From NCBI RefSeq assembly GCF_008000775.2, contig NZ_CP042905.2:690001-722000 (forward strand): a DNA stretch of 32,000 nucleotides. Reading direction: 5' to 3'. The stretch comes from Promethearchaeum syntrophicum (GTDB lineage: Archaea; Asgardarchaeota; Lokiarchaeia; Sigyniarchaeales; Promethearchaeaceae). The position numbers and the translations under genes were made by a program. The notes below the pieces were generated by a model. It was not told where the DNA came from and did not search any database. It saw only the letters and a list, made by a program, of their open reading frames with translations. Positions 1 to 7,466 of the stretch are shown piece by piece. Positions within the stretch are counted from its first letter, which is position 1; each line of letters starts with the position of its first letter.

Positions 1-62
1 GGATTTCTCTTCCTTTTTTTAGTTCTGATTCTTAATAATCGCTTTTTTTCATGTAATTCCAT
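1..62 (-). CDS. rpl32e: ribosomal protein eL32, 5' fragment (runs off the window start)
   Basis: Not in the ORF track. The reverse strand has ATG at 62 and reads MELHEKKRLLRIRTKKRKRN..., a basic N-terminus like archaeal L32e. A GAGGT Shine-Dalgarno-like motif sits about 8 nt upstream. L32e normally follows L6 in archaeal spc clusters. Confidence 0.5.
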   Translation of the reverse strand, partial: MELHEKKRLLRIRTKKRKRN

Positions 63-84
63 TTTTTTTACCTCTTTATCTCCT

Positions 85-666
85 TTATTTAATTACCCAT
101 ATTTGTTTATTTCCGAGTAATTTCTCATATACATAAATTCCATCTTGGAAGACACGCTTATCTTTATTTTTAATTCTGCACCTTTTCTGAATATTCGCAC
201 AAGTTTGTCCAACTAATTCTTTATCGGTGCCAGAAACAATTACTTCTTCTTTATCTGCTTTAATTTTAACATCTCCAATAGAATGAGTGATTCGCGGTGC
301 TCTTTCTCCTAGAAAGTTCTTAATAAGTATAACATCACTCCCTTTTTTTGGAGGTTCCAAAGTAATTGGAAAATGACTGTAAACTATTTTCATTCGATAT
401 TCATATCCTTCTGCAACACCCAAAAACATATTATGCAGGATATTTTTTAGAGTAGTCGTTAGAGCAACTGTGTTTTTTCTGGGAAAATCTGCGTGCAAAA
501 ATACTTTATTACCATCAATTTTAATGTCAATTTTTTTTGCATGCCCAAAATCTTTTGTCATTGTTCCTAATTTTCCTTTTACAGATACAAGTTTTTGCTC
601 ATTTATCGTACAAACGATTCCCTTTGGAATTTCGAGTTCTTCATCAATACTAACATATTTGACCAT
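85..666 (-). CDS. rpl6: 50S ribosomal protein uL6
   Basis: 193-aa ORF with a two-domain L6-like sequence (..GVAEGYEYRMKIVYSHFPI.., ..LVGQTCANIQ..). Position after S8 matches the conserved cluster order. AGGAAGG SD-like motif upstream. Confidence 0.95.
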   Translation of the reverse strand: MVKYVSIDEELEIPKGIVCTINEQKLVSVKGKLGTMTKDFGHAKKIDIKIDGNKVFLHADFPRKNTVALTTTLKNILHNMFLGVAEGYEYRMKIVYSHFPITLEPPKKGSDVILIKNFLGERAPRITHSIGDVKIKADKEEVIVSGTDKELVGQTCANIQKRCRIKNKDKRVFQDGIYVYEKLLGNKQIWVIK

Positions 667-680
667 GATAATCCTTCCTT

Positions 681-1073
681 TTAATATACATATACAAGTA
701 ATCTTCCCCCAATATGCCGCTCTTTTGCTTCAACATGGGACATTACTCCTTGAGATGTGGAGAGAAGAATTAGTCCGAAATTAACTGCGGGTAAATAATT
801 CTTTTCTTCAATTTCGATTTTTTTAATCTTTACTGGTTTTCTCGGTTTAATTACACCAATTTTATTTATTCGTCCTAGAAGCTGAACTCTGAACTTCCCC
901 TGTCTTCCGTCATCAATACTTTCAAAGCTTCCAATATATCCATTTGCTTGAAGTATATGGAGAACAGTTCCTATAAGTTTTGAACGTGGGTTAATAATAA
1001 CTGAACTTTGGCAAACAATTTCTGCATTTTTAATACAGCTACATGCATCTGCTAATGGGTCTAATAGTGTCAT
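681..1073 (-). CDS. rps8: 30S ribosomal protein uS8
   Basis: 130 aa. Starts [17 protein letters not shown] and ends [27 protein letters not shown], typical of S8. Conserved position between S14 and L6. Confidence 0.95.
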   Translation of the reverse strand: MTLLDPLADACSCIKNAEIVCQSSVIINPRSKLIGTVLHILQANGYIGSFESIDDGRQGKFRVQLLGRINKIGVIKPRKPVKIKKIEIEEKNYLPAVNFGLILLSTSQGVMSHVEAKERHIGGRLLVYVY

Positions 1074-1087
1074 TTTTTCGTTTTCTC

Positions 1088-1252
1088 CTAATATTTTTTA
1101 AATCCTAAATCATTCGCTACTTCTCTAAAGCAGCGTCGACACAAATTTAATCCGTACTGACGGATGAGACCTCTATGGGACCCACAACGTCGGCATACTC
1201 TTGATCCTTTACCTTTTAATGAAATGGATGTGTTCATTCGTTTTTCGTTCAT
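1088..1252 (-). CDS. rps14: 30S ribosomal protein uS14 (zinc-ribbon type)
   Basis: Below the ORF-track cutoff; translated by hand: [54 protein letters not shown] (54 aa). CxxC...CxxC motif. AGGTGA SD 7 nt upstream. Exact expected position between L5 and S8. Confidence 0.9.
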   Translation of the reverse strand: MNEKRMNTSISLKGKGSRVCRRCGSHRGLIRQYGLNLCRRCFREVANDLGFKKY

Positions 1253-1262
1253 AATAATTCAC

Positions 1263-1835
1263 CTAGTAGTATCTTTCCTCCATTTTTTCTACAATTTCGA
1301 CTTTAAATACGTTTTCCATGAAATATATTGCTTCTTGACGGGAAAGATATTGGGAAGCTCCAACTTTTCGCCGGTTTTTTTTCCGAGTTTTAATTCTTAA
1401 TCCCGGACGGGTTAGTTTAACAGACACATTAAATCCAAAAATTCCCAGATCAGGATCATATTTCACTCCTGGAATTTTAATATGTTCATCTATACCAAAA
1501 CTAAAATTACCTTTATTATCAAAGGCTTTTTTCAAAATCCTGTTATCAAATGGATCTAATGCTTTTCTTAAGAAATTAGCACAATCTTCATTACGCAATG
1601 TAACTTTTGTAGCTACTGACATATTTTTACGTAATCCCCATTCTTTAACATTTTTCTTAGCCTTTACCACAACCGGTTTATGACCTGTTAATGATTCTAA
1701 TACTTTTTGTGCTTTTTGAATTTCTACTGCACCTAAGCTACCCATACCAATATTTATTACTACTTTATCAATTTTTGGTTGTAGCATTACGTTAGATTTC
1801 CACAATTGTTTATAATCAATGTTTTTTGCGCTCAT
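1263..1835 (-). CDS. rpl5: 50S ribosomal protein uL5
   Basis: 190 aa. L5-like blocks (KVVINIGMG.., ..NFSFGIDEHIKIPG..YDPDLGIFGFNV). Conserved cluster position. Confidence 0.95.
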   Translation of the reverse strand: MSAKNIDYKQLWKSNVMLQPKIDKVVINIGMGSLGAVEIQKAQKVLESLTGHKPVVVKAKKNVKEWGLRKNMSVATKVTLRNEDCANFLRKALDPFDNRILKKAFDNKGNFSFGIDEHIKIPGVKYDPDLGIFGFNVSVKLTRPGLRIKTRKKNRRKVGASQYLSRQEAIYFMENVFKVEIVEKMEERYY

Positions 1836-1838
1836 TTA

Positions 1839-2582
1839 TTATTTCTCCATAGGTAAATCTATTACAGTATCTTTACTTCCAATTACAAAAACATAATCAT
1901 AAGATGTATTTATTTCACCGCTAGATGTTGTTATTTGAGCGAGAGATGCATTTACTCCAAATCTTTTTGTCAATTTTGAGATTAACCCAGATACTCCAGT
2001 ATGAGTTCCTCTATAGATCATTCCTTGAACATTTTCTTTAAACTCAAAATATTCCATAATTTCTTGACTTGGAATTGAAATCTTCAAAGTTCCCCGGGTT
2101 TTGTATTTTTTCTCTCCTTTTTTAATTAAAATGTTTCTACCATCATGAAGATTTAATTGTTGGATACCACCTTTGACTGTTGTGATATTATTAATTCTAC
2201 AAAGTTTAAACTTTGATTCATCCTTAGTAATCTCAGAAACCATTAATCCATGATTTTTTGAGGCTAAAATTCTATAAGCTTTATTAATTTCTGGTAATTC
2301 AATTACATCCATTAATCCTATTGGGAAATTTAAATCTTTTCTAGGAATACCATCTATTACAACTCCCTTTTTATTCATAATGAATTTGGTTTCTTTTGAA
2401 TTATCTGTAATATTTAATAAATCTCTAAGCACATGACCAAGCGGTAGACAAAAATCCTTTGGATGAGGTCCACCTTTAATTTTGAAGAAGAATTTTCCAG
2501 CAGTTCTGTCCTTCCTCCTAATTTGTAGATGTCCTGGAGTTGCTAATCTTTTTTGGTGTCGTTTATTTCCTTTGGATCCCAT
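1839..2582 (-). CDS. rps4e: 30S ribosomal protein eS4
   Basis: 247 aa. N-terminus MGSKGNKRHQKRLATP..GPHPKD..LPLGHVLRD is typical of S4e, which is specific to archaea and eukaryotes. Sits between L24 and L5. Confidence 0.95.
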   Translation of the reverse strand: MGSKGNKRHQKRLATPGHLQIRRKDRTAGKFFFKIKGGPHPKDFCLPLGHVLRDLLNITDNSKETKFIMNKKGVVIDGIPRKDLNFPIGLMDVIELPEINKAYRILASKNHGLMVSEITKDESKFKLCRINNITTVKGGIQQLNLHDGRNILIKKGEKKYKTRGTLKISIPSQEIMEYFEFKENVQGMIYRGTHTGVSGLISKLTKRFGVNASLAQITTSSGEINTSYDYVFVIGSKDTVIDLPMEK

Positions 2583-3007
2583 TATTTCTTTCCTCCTGTC
2601 TTTTTCGGAGATACATTTTTAACTTCATCAAGTTTTACCATTCTGTCCATCATTTTCTCTCTCCAAGGATCGATTTTATTTCTTTTTGCAGCTAATTTAG
2701 TTAAAATTAATTTAGAAGGTGCTATTGGTGTAAAAAAACTAGATCCATCTTTCTTTTCTTGACTTGTTTCTTCAATAGTCACTTTTCGCGTTTTTTTATT
2801 TAGACTTAAAATTTTTCCTTCAATTCCTGCGAATTCACCCTTGGTTATTCTACATTGATCATCCACTCGTAAAGGAAGACGTTTAACTCCCCATTCTTCT
2901 TGTAAGGATTCATCTAGTGGAATTGTAAATAATTTGGAAACTTGATGATTTTTTACTTTTAGTAAAGCATTTCTTTGTTTAGTTGGTTTCTTTGATTTTA
3001 CTTTCAT
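2582..3007 (-). CDS. rpl24: 50S ribosomal protein uL24 (KOW domain)
   Basis: 141 aa. KOW-like segment RVDDQCRITKGEFAGIEGKI. Conserved position after L14. Its stop overlaps the S4e start by 1 nt. Confidence 0.9.
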   Translation of the reverse strand: MKVKSKKPTKQRNALLKVKNHQVSKLFTIPLDESLQEEWGVKRLPLRVDDQCRITKGEFAGIEGKILSLNKKTRKVTIEETSQEKKDGSSFFTPIAPSKLILTKLAAKRNKIDPWREKMMDRMVKLDEVKNVSPKKTGGKK

Positions 3008-3030
3008 TATCTTTTACCTTTTTAATTTTA

Positions 3031-3459
3031 TTAGATTATTAGTGAAGCTACGTTACTTATACGTGGAAACAATTCTGCTACTTCTCTAGCGATTGGTCCA
3101 TTGATTTGACTCGCTTTTGGATCTCCATCGTCAGTAACTAAAACTCCTGCATTATCTTCAAATTTGATTCTGGTTCCATCTATTCTTCGAATAGTCTGTT
3201 TTTGTCTTACTATAACTGCTTTCAAAATTTTTCTTCTCAGATCAGGATTCCCTTTTTTAATTGAAACGACAACCATATCTCCAACGCATGCGTTTGGGTA
3301 TCTGTTAAGTCTTGTAGTTCTCCCTAATACTGCAATAATTTTTGCTAATTTTGCTCCGCTATTGTCAGTGATTTTTATCACAGATTCCGTATTTAATCCT
3401 TTAGTTATTTTAATTCGAAAAACACTAGCACTTTTTCCGATACGACGCTTCCCACCCAT
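3031..3459 (-). CDS. rpl14: 50S ribosomal protein uL14
   Basis: The ORF track gives 3031..3534, but its first 25 codons overlap the S17 coding region. The internal ATG at 3459 (MGGKRRIGKSAS..ITDNSGAK..) gives a normal-length L14 that starts just after the S17 stop at 3464. Confidence 0.92.
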   Translation of the reverse strand: MGGKRRIGKSASVFRIKITKGLNTESVIKITDNSGAKLAKIIAVLGRTTRLNRYPNACVGDMVVVSIKKGNPDLRRKILKAVIVRQKQTIRRIDGTRIKFEDNAGVLVTDDGDPKASQINGPIAREVAELFPRISNVASLII

Positions 3460-3463
3460 TGCA

Positions 3464-3805
3464 TTATTCCTCCTTAATTGCCTTTTCAATAACCACGAAA
3501 GCGACAGTTTTTGAAATTTTACGACATTCTGCAACTCTTACTTGATCTCCCTCTTTTACCTCAATACAATCAGGAAGATGTGCAGTAATTTTTGATTTTC
3601 TTCTTTCATAACGTTGATATTTAGAAATGTAATAATTATAATCTCTTTGGATTACAACAGTTTTATGCATTTTAGTTGAAACAACATTTCCTTTTAGGAT
3701 TCGTCCCCTGAGCTTTAGATTTCCATGAAATGGACAATGTGGATCTTCGCAAACTTTTGCGGGAACTGCGATATTTGGTATTCCGATATTTTTTACTTGA
3801 TTCAA
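3464..3805 (-). CDS. rps17: 30S ribosomal protein uS17
   Basis: 113 aa. CEDPHCPFHGNLKLRGR..G.VVSTKM.KTVVI..., the archaeal S17 pattern. Conserved position. Confidence 0.93.
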   Translation of the reverse strand: MNQVKNIGIPNIAVPAKVCEDPHCPFHGNLKLRGRILKGNVVSTKMHKTVVIQRDYNYYISKYQRYERRKSKITAHLPDCIEVKEGDQVRVAECRKISKTVAFVVIEKAIKEE

Positions 3806-4113
3806 TGTAATTTCCTCCGATTTTTTTTTCTGATTAATTTTATTCGATTTTCTGGATTTCCTTTTATTTTTGTTCCATCAAATTCGATCATTTTTTTAAT
3901 TCCATTTGGTTGATCAATCCATGAACGGAACATATATTGGTCTTTAATATAAATTTTTGAATGGTCCTCATTTTTAACCCGTAACGTGTATTTTGTTTCA
4001 TCAATAACAGTTCCAATAAATTGAAACTCGGACCAGTTTGGGTTTTTTTTACTTTTTGCATACAATTCAATTCCTATAAAGTCTAAATATATAAATGTTT
4101 GAGCATCTCTCAT
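3802..4113 (-). CDS. rnp1: RNase P protein component 1 (Rpp29/Pop4 family)
   Basis: 103 aa. FIGTVIDETKYTLRV and DGTKIKGNPENRIK match my recollection of archaeal Rpp29 (G.VVDETRNTL.., DG..L.GRPEERLK). Canonical archaeal position between L29 and S17, with 4-nt ATGA-type overlaps on both sides. Confidence 0.85.
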   Translation of the reverse strand: MRDAQTFIYLDFIGIELYAKSKKNPNWSEFQFIGTVIDETKYTLRVKNEDHSKIYIKDQYMFRSWIDQPNGIKKMIEFDGTKIKGNPENRIKLIRKKNRRKLH

Positions 4114-4310
4114 ATTTCATTGATCTCGTGCATGTAGGTTAATATACGTGCAACACTCTTCTTTAATTGTTTTATTTTTGATGGGTCTGTCATCGTTCCA
4201 CCCATACTATTTGAAGCCCGAATTTTAAAGAGTTCATTTCTTAGATCAACTAATTTTTTTTCTCTTTCAATTGCACTCATATTTTCAATATCTTTCATTT
4301 TATTTTTCAT
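4110..4310 (-). CDS. rpl29: 50S ribosomal protein uL29
   Basis: 66 aa. ..EREKKLVDLRNELFKIRA.. is a typical L29 helix-turn. Position after S3. Confidence 0.9.
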   Translation of the reverse strand: MKNKMKDIENMSAIEREKKLVDLRNELFKIRASNSMGGTMTDPSKIKQLKKSVARILTYMHEINEI

Positions 4311-4323
4311 ATGAATTCACCAA

Positions 4324-5289
4324 TTATTTCTCTTCTTTCTTTATTTCTTTCTTTTCTATATCAGCTTTTTTTGAAGCTTTTTTAGAAGTCTTTTTTTTTG
4401 TTGATTTTTTCTTTGAAGCTTTTTTCTTTTTAGTTGTTTTTTTTTTCTTCTTTGGTTTTTCTTCTTTTTCTTCAGATTTATCTTCTGGAGCGGTCAATTC
4501 TTCAAAAACTTCATCTTTTTTCAAAGTATCCTCATCAGTTTCCAAAATGGTTTCTTTTGAATCTGAGATTTCATCAAATAAATCATCAACCAATGTAGCG
4601 TCTTCATCAATTTCTTTAATTGGTGGAAGATCTTCTTCTTTATAGAATTTATCTACAGGAGCAACTTCTTTTGGGGCAGCTTTCTCTTCAAAAATTCCTT
4701 TTCTAATTTCTACATAATCTGGTAATAAATAATCTTTAGACATAATTGAAACCCGGATTCCCAATACCCCTGATTTTAATGTTAAATGAGCAACTCCTTT
4801 ATCGACACCTTCATATGCCGGAGTACCACACTTATTAATAACTCCTGATCTGAACACTTGATTACGAGCACGTTGGGATGTAACTTTACCGCTAATATGA
4901 ACTTCCACTCCCCGTGCGCCTGATTTTATAATTCGACGAATAATACTATATGTTGCACGTCTATAATTTTGACCCTTGTTAATTGCATAAGCAATTCTTT
5001 CGGCTTGAATTTGTGCATTTAAATCGGGATTTTCTATAGTATCAACATCAATTGTTGGTACATTAATATTAAACTTCTCTTTAACGGCTTCGGTTAGTTC
5101 TTTGATTTTTTTACCTTTCTTTCCAATAACTAATCCGGGTCTAGAAGTTCGAATTGTAATTCTTGTACCCATAGGAGTTTTTTGTAGAGCGCAACCTGAA
5201 TATCCTGAGTTATCTAATTCCGTACGTAAAAATTCATCAACTAAACATTGTTGAATCCCTTTATTAATGAAATGTTTTTTAATTGGCAT
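4324..5289 (-). CDS. rps3: 30S ribosomal protein uS3 with a long acidic-then-lysine-rich C-terminal tail
   Basis: 321 aa. KH-domain core (GTRITIRTSRPGLVIGKKGKKIKELT) and the S3 C-terminal domain run to about residue 200. They are followed by a ~120-aa low-complexity tail (D/E-rich, then KKKKKTTKKKKASKKKSTKKKTSKKASKK). Confidence 0.95.
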   Translation of the reverse strand: MPIKKHFINKGIQQCLVDEFLRTELDNSGYSGCALQKTPMGTRITIRTSRPGLVIGKKGKKIKELTEAVKEKFNINVPTIDVDTIENPDLNAQIQAERIAYAINKGQNYRRATYSIIRRIIKSGARGVEVHISGKVTSQRARNQVFRSGVINKCGTPAYEGVDKGVAHLTLKSGVLGIRVSIMSKDYLLPDYVEIRKGIFEEKAAPKEVAPVDKFYKEEDLPPIKEIDEDATLVDDLFDEISDSKETILETDEDTLKKDEVFEELTAPEDKSEEKEEKPKKKKKTTKKKKASKKKSTKKKTSKKASKKADIEKKEIKKEEK

Positions 5290-5316
5290 AATTTTTTCAC
5301 ATTTTTATTTTTTAAT

Positions 5317-5784
5317 CTATTTTTCCTCTAATACAATTTCAACATGGCTTAATTGGGAAAAATATGGACTTGATCTTCCATGAGCTCTTTCAATATATCG
5401 TTTAAGTGTTCGACCTCTCATAACCGCTGTGTGGATTATATGCAATCGATCTGGGTCTAATCCTTTATATTCTGCGTTTGATTCTGCATTTGTCAAAACA
5501 TCATATACAAATTTAGCTGATTTTTCTGGATAACGCCCTGCCGGGAATTTATGAAGATGCATTCCATGTCTATGTCTGACTTTTTTATTTGCTCTACGAA
5601 ATGGAACCGGTGTTTTTATAAGTATAACTCCTTCTAAGAAGGTTTTTGCTTTTTCTAAAGACATTCCTTTGATGGTATTGCATACTTCACGAGTTTTTTT
5701 TGGAGATACTTTAAGATCTCGCCCACTCGCTATTGCAGTCTTGTCTTTATCAAGCCCTGAGAATGAATATTTCCAATTTGGCAT
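5317..5784 (-). CDS. rpl22: 50S ribosomal protein uL22
   Basis: 155 aa. ..ASGRDLKVSPKKTREVCNTIKGMSLEKAKTFLE.. and ..RAHGRSSPY....HVEIVL are typical of archaeal L22/L17e. Confidence 0.93.
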   Translation of the reverse strand: MPNWKYSFSGLDKDKTAIASGRDLKVSPKKTREVCNTIKGMSLEKAKTFLEGVILIKTPVPFRRANKKVRHRHGMHLHKFPAGRYPEKSAKFVYDVLTNAESNAEYKGLDPDRLHIIHTAVMRGRTLKRYIERAHGRSSPYFSQLSHVEIVLEEK

Positions 5785-5790
5785 TTTTAT

Positions 5791-5952
5791 TTACCTTATT
5801 TTTTTATTTATATGATTATTAATTGTTAATTTGATTCCAGCAGGCAGATTTGGAATTACTCTGCGCGGATAAGGTGCATACGGTGCCAATATTTCACGTT
5901 GAAGTGCATATCGGGCATATACACGCCCCAGTTTTTTCATAACTGGGCGCAT
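5791..5952 (-). CDS. small basic hypothetical protein (53 aa), unlisted ORF between S19 and L22
   Basis: Hand translation: MRPVMKKLGRVYARYALQREILAPYAPYPRRVIPNLPAGIKLTINNHINKKIR. The frame is open for 83 codons (5794..6042), which is unusual in such AT-rich DNA. GGTGA lies 5 nt upstream of the ATG, the same SD type as for S14. The stop is only 6 nt before the L22 start. Against: the codon choice is G+C-rich and atypical, and I recognise no homologue. Confidence 0.4.
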   Translation of the reverse strand: MRPVMKKLGRVYARYALQREILAPYAPYPRRVIPNLPAGIKLTINNHINKKIR

Positions 5953-6067
5953 TAAATTCACCAAATCTAAGATCTTTCGATCTTGTAGTGAGTTTTCTAA
6001 AGATTGATCATTAAAATGTTTTGCGATTTGAAATTGATTTCCTTAGCGTTGATTAGAAAATCGTGAA

Positions 6068-6077
6068 ATTTATAAAG
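6068..6077 (-). promoter_or_regulatory. TATA-box-like element (CTTTATAAAT on the minus strand), candidate internal promoter for the small ORF/L22...L6 block
   Basis: Consensus-like archaeal TATA (TTTATAAA) in the non-coding spacer. It lies downstream of oligo-T tracts that follow S19 and about 25 nt upstream of where the long open frame begins. Confidence 0.3.
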
Positions 6078-6122
6078 GAAGCAGTCGGCATTGAAACTAC
6101 TTTAATTTTGTCCAATATGAAT

Positions 6123-6195
6123 AAAAAAAGACATTTAATGATTGAGAATGAAGTAAAAATAAAAATAATTCTAAAAATTAAAGAAAAAGAGAAAT
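6123..6195 (-). terminator. oligo-T tracts downstream of S19 (candidate archaeal intrinsic terminator)
   Basis: On the minus strand there are several T5-T7 runs directly after the S19 stop codon (A-runs on the plus strand at about 6123-6129, 6155-6168, 6173-6190). Archaeal RNAP terminates at oligo-T. Confidence 0.3.
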
Positions 6196-6205
6196 AGAAT
6201 AAATT

Positions 6206-6622
6206 CTATTTCAGAGGAACAAATTGGGATGACCTAGTTGCTCCAACACCCGGATTTCCATGTTGTACCTTCTTGCATGTAGGGCTATATTCACCCAAAT
6301 ATTTACCAATATGATCCGGTGTGATTTTAACAGAAATAAATTCAAGTCCGTTATGAACTCCAATTTCCAAACCTATAAACTCTGGAAAAATTATCATATC
6401 CCTATTATGGGTTCTCACTACAACTTCACGACCATTTTTGAGGGCTTTTTTGGCTTTCTTCAACTTTTTTAGCAATTTTTTTTGCCTTTTCGGCATACCC
6501 CTAATTAAAGATCTCCTTTGTCGTGATGGAAGTAATTTGATAAATTCTTTCATAGACATTTTTCGTAGTTCTTCTAGGTCTTTACCTCGGTATAAAAATT
6601 TACGTCTTGACGATTCCGACAT
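6206..6622 (-). CDS. rps19: 30S ribosomal protein uS19
   Basis: 138 aa. ..VVRTHNRDMIIFPEFIGLEIGVHNGLEFISVKITPDHIGKYLGEYSPT.K.V.HG.PG is a clear S19/S15e match. Confidence 0.95.
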   Translation of the reverse strand: MSESSRRKFLYRGKDLEELRKMSMKEFIKLLPSRQRRSLIRGMPKRQKKLLKKLKKAKKALKNGREVVVRTHNRDMIIFPEFIGLEIGVHNGLEFISVKITPDHIGKYLGEYSPTCKKVQHGNPGVGATRSSQFVPLK

Positions 6623-6731
6623 TTTACAAAGGAGAAAAATTGATCATAAATTAATAATTTTTTGTTTTTCACCAAGTAGGTAATTTAGGAAATTTATTAA
6701 TTTCATTAATCCTTATTCCAATTATCATATC

Positions 6732-7442
6732 ATGCTGAAATTTACTCTTGAAACTGGTCGAGGAACAAAGTTATTACAAAATAGTGATAGTCCGATAGCA
6801 CTTCTCATTTCACCTTCTAATCCCACAGAGTCTCCACAATGGGATGAAATTTTGATGATTATGGGAACTCTCATTGTCCCGATTAATCATTTAGGAAGAA
6901 ATTCGAGCAACAACTTACAAATAATCATCCCTCCCTTCTCACAATATATGGTAATTAATTCGGGAAAAATTAATTTGATTCTTTCTTTTGAATCAGATCC
7001 AACAAATCATGAAATATTGTATGATCCGTATTTATTTGAAAAGGAAAATCATAAAAATTACGATCCTGAAGAATTTAAAGCTCAACATACCGTTCCCGAT
7101 GGTTATATTGATATTTTGCCGAAATGGTACTCGATTAAATTCACATATCCAGATTATAATTACATATTTATTAGCCCAGGGGTAGGAATAAGTTTACAGA
7201 TGCACGCAATGAGGGAAGAACACTGGGAAATTTTACAAGGTCAACCAATAATTATCGCTGGATCCAAAATTTCATACAATACAAAATTACACTCTCAATT
7301 TGATATTCCTTTAGGTGCTTTTCATACAGTTATTAATCCATCAAATTCAGAATGGGTTTTAATTAAAGAATCTTGTAGAGGAAAATTTGATGAAGAAGAC
7401 ATTGTGAGAATTTTTAATCCGAATCACTATTTTACTGAATAA
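6732..7442 (+). CDS. cupin-domain protein, type II phosphomannose-isomerase-like C-terminal cupin
   Basis: 236 aa. GISLQMHAMREEHWEILQGQPIII.G...FDIPLGAFHTVINPS...LIKESCRGKFDEEDIVRIFN resembles the S.Q.H.HR.EHW.V..G / IP.G..H...N / G.Y..EDDIVR.. pattern of PMI type II cupins, as I remember it. Confidence 0.55.
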   Translation: MLKFTLETGRGTKLLQNSDSPIALLISPSNPTESPQWDEILMIMGTLIVPINHLGRNSSNNLQIIIPPFSQYMVINSGKINLILSFESDPTNHEILYDPYLFEKENHKNYDPEEFKAQHTVPDGYIDILPKWYSIKFTYPDYNYIFISPGVGISLQMHAMREEHWEILQGQPIIIAGSKISYNTKLHSQFDIPLGAFHTVINPSNSEWVLIKESCRGKFDEEDIVRIFNPNHYFTE

Positions 7443-7466
7443 ATTATTCCTTTTATTTTTTTAACA

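Noticed and set aside
3460-3534. N-terminal 25 codons of the 3031..3534 ORF (L14)
   Set aside because: They overlap the S17 coding sequence and add a non-L14-like leader. The internal ATG at 3459 gives a canonical L14.
470-3913. Plus-strand ORFs 470..784, 1164..1400, 2553..2762, 3164..3514, 3725..3913
   Set aside because: All lie antisense to strongly supported ribosomal protein genes. They encode F/L/S/I-rich low-complexity peptides typical of shadow frames in AT-rich DNA.
3888-4070. 60-aa minus-strand ORF inside the Rpp29 gene
   Set aside because: It is an alternative frame of a gene with clear Rpp29 motifs. It has no independent signal.
4271-4645. 124-aa plus-strand F/S-rich ORF
   Set aside because: It is the mirror image of the K/E-rich uS3 tail (poly-AAG/AAA reads as poly-TTT/CTT), not an independent gene.
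5838-5952. G+C-rich patch considered as a tRNA or C/D-box sRNA
   Set aside because: No T-loop (GGTTCGAATC-like) or acceptor/anticodon arrangement on either strand, and no RUGAUGA...CUGA box pair. It is kept only as an unspecified ORF-or-RNA candidate in the findings.
6260-6683. Plus-strand ORFs 6260..6472 and 6438..6683
   Set aside because: They are antisense to the uS19 gene and are shadow frames.
6988-7185. 65-aa plus-strand ORF within the cupin gene
   Set aside because: It is an alternative frame of the longer 6732..7442 ORF, which carries recognisable cupin motifs.
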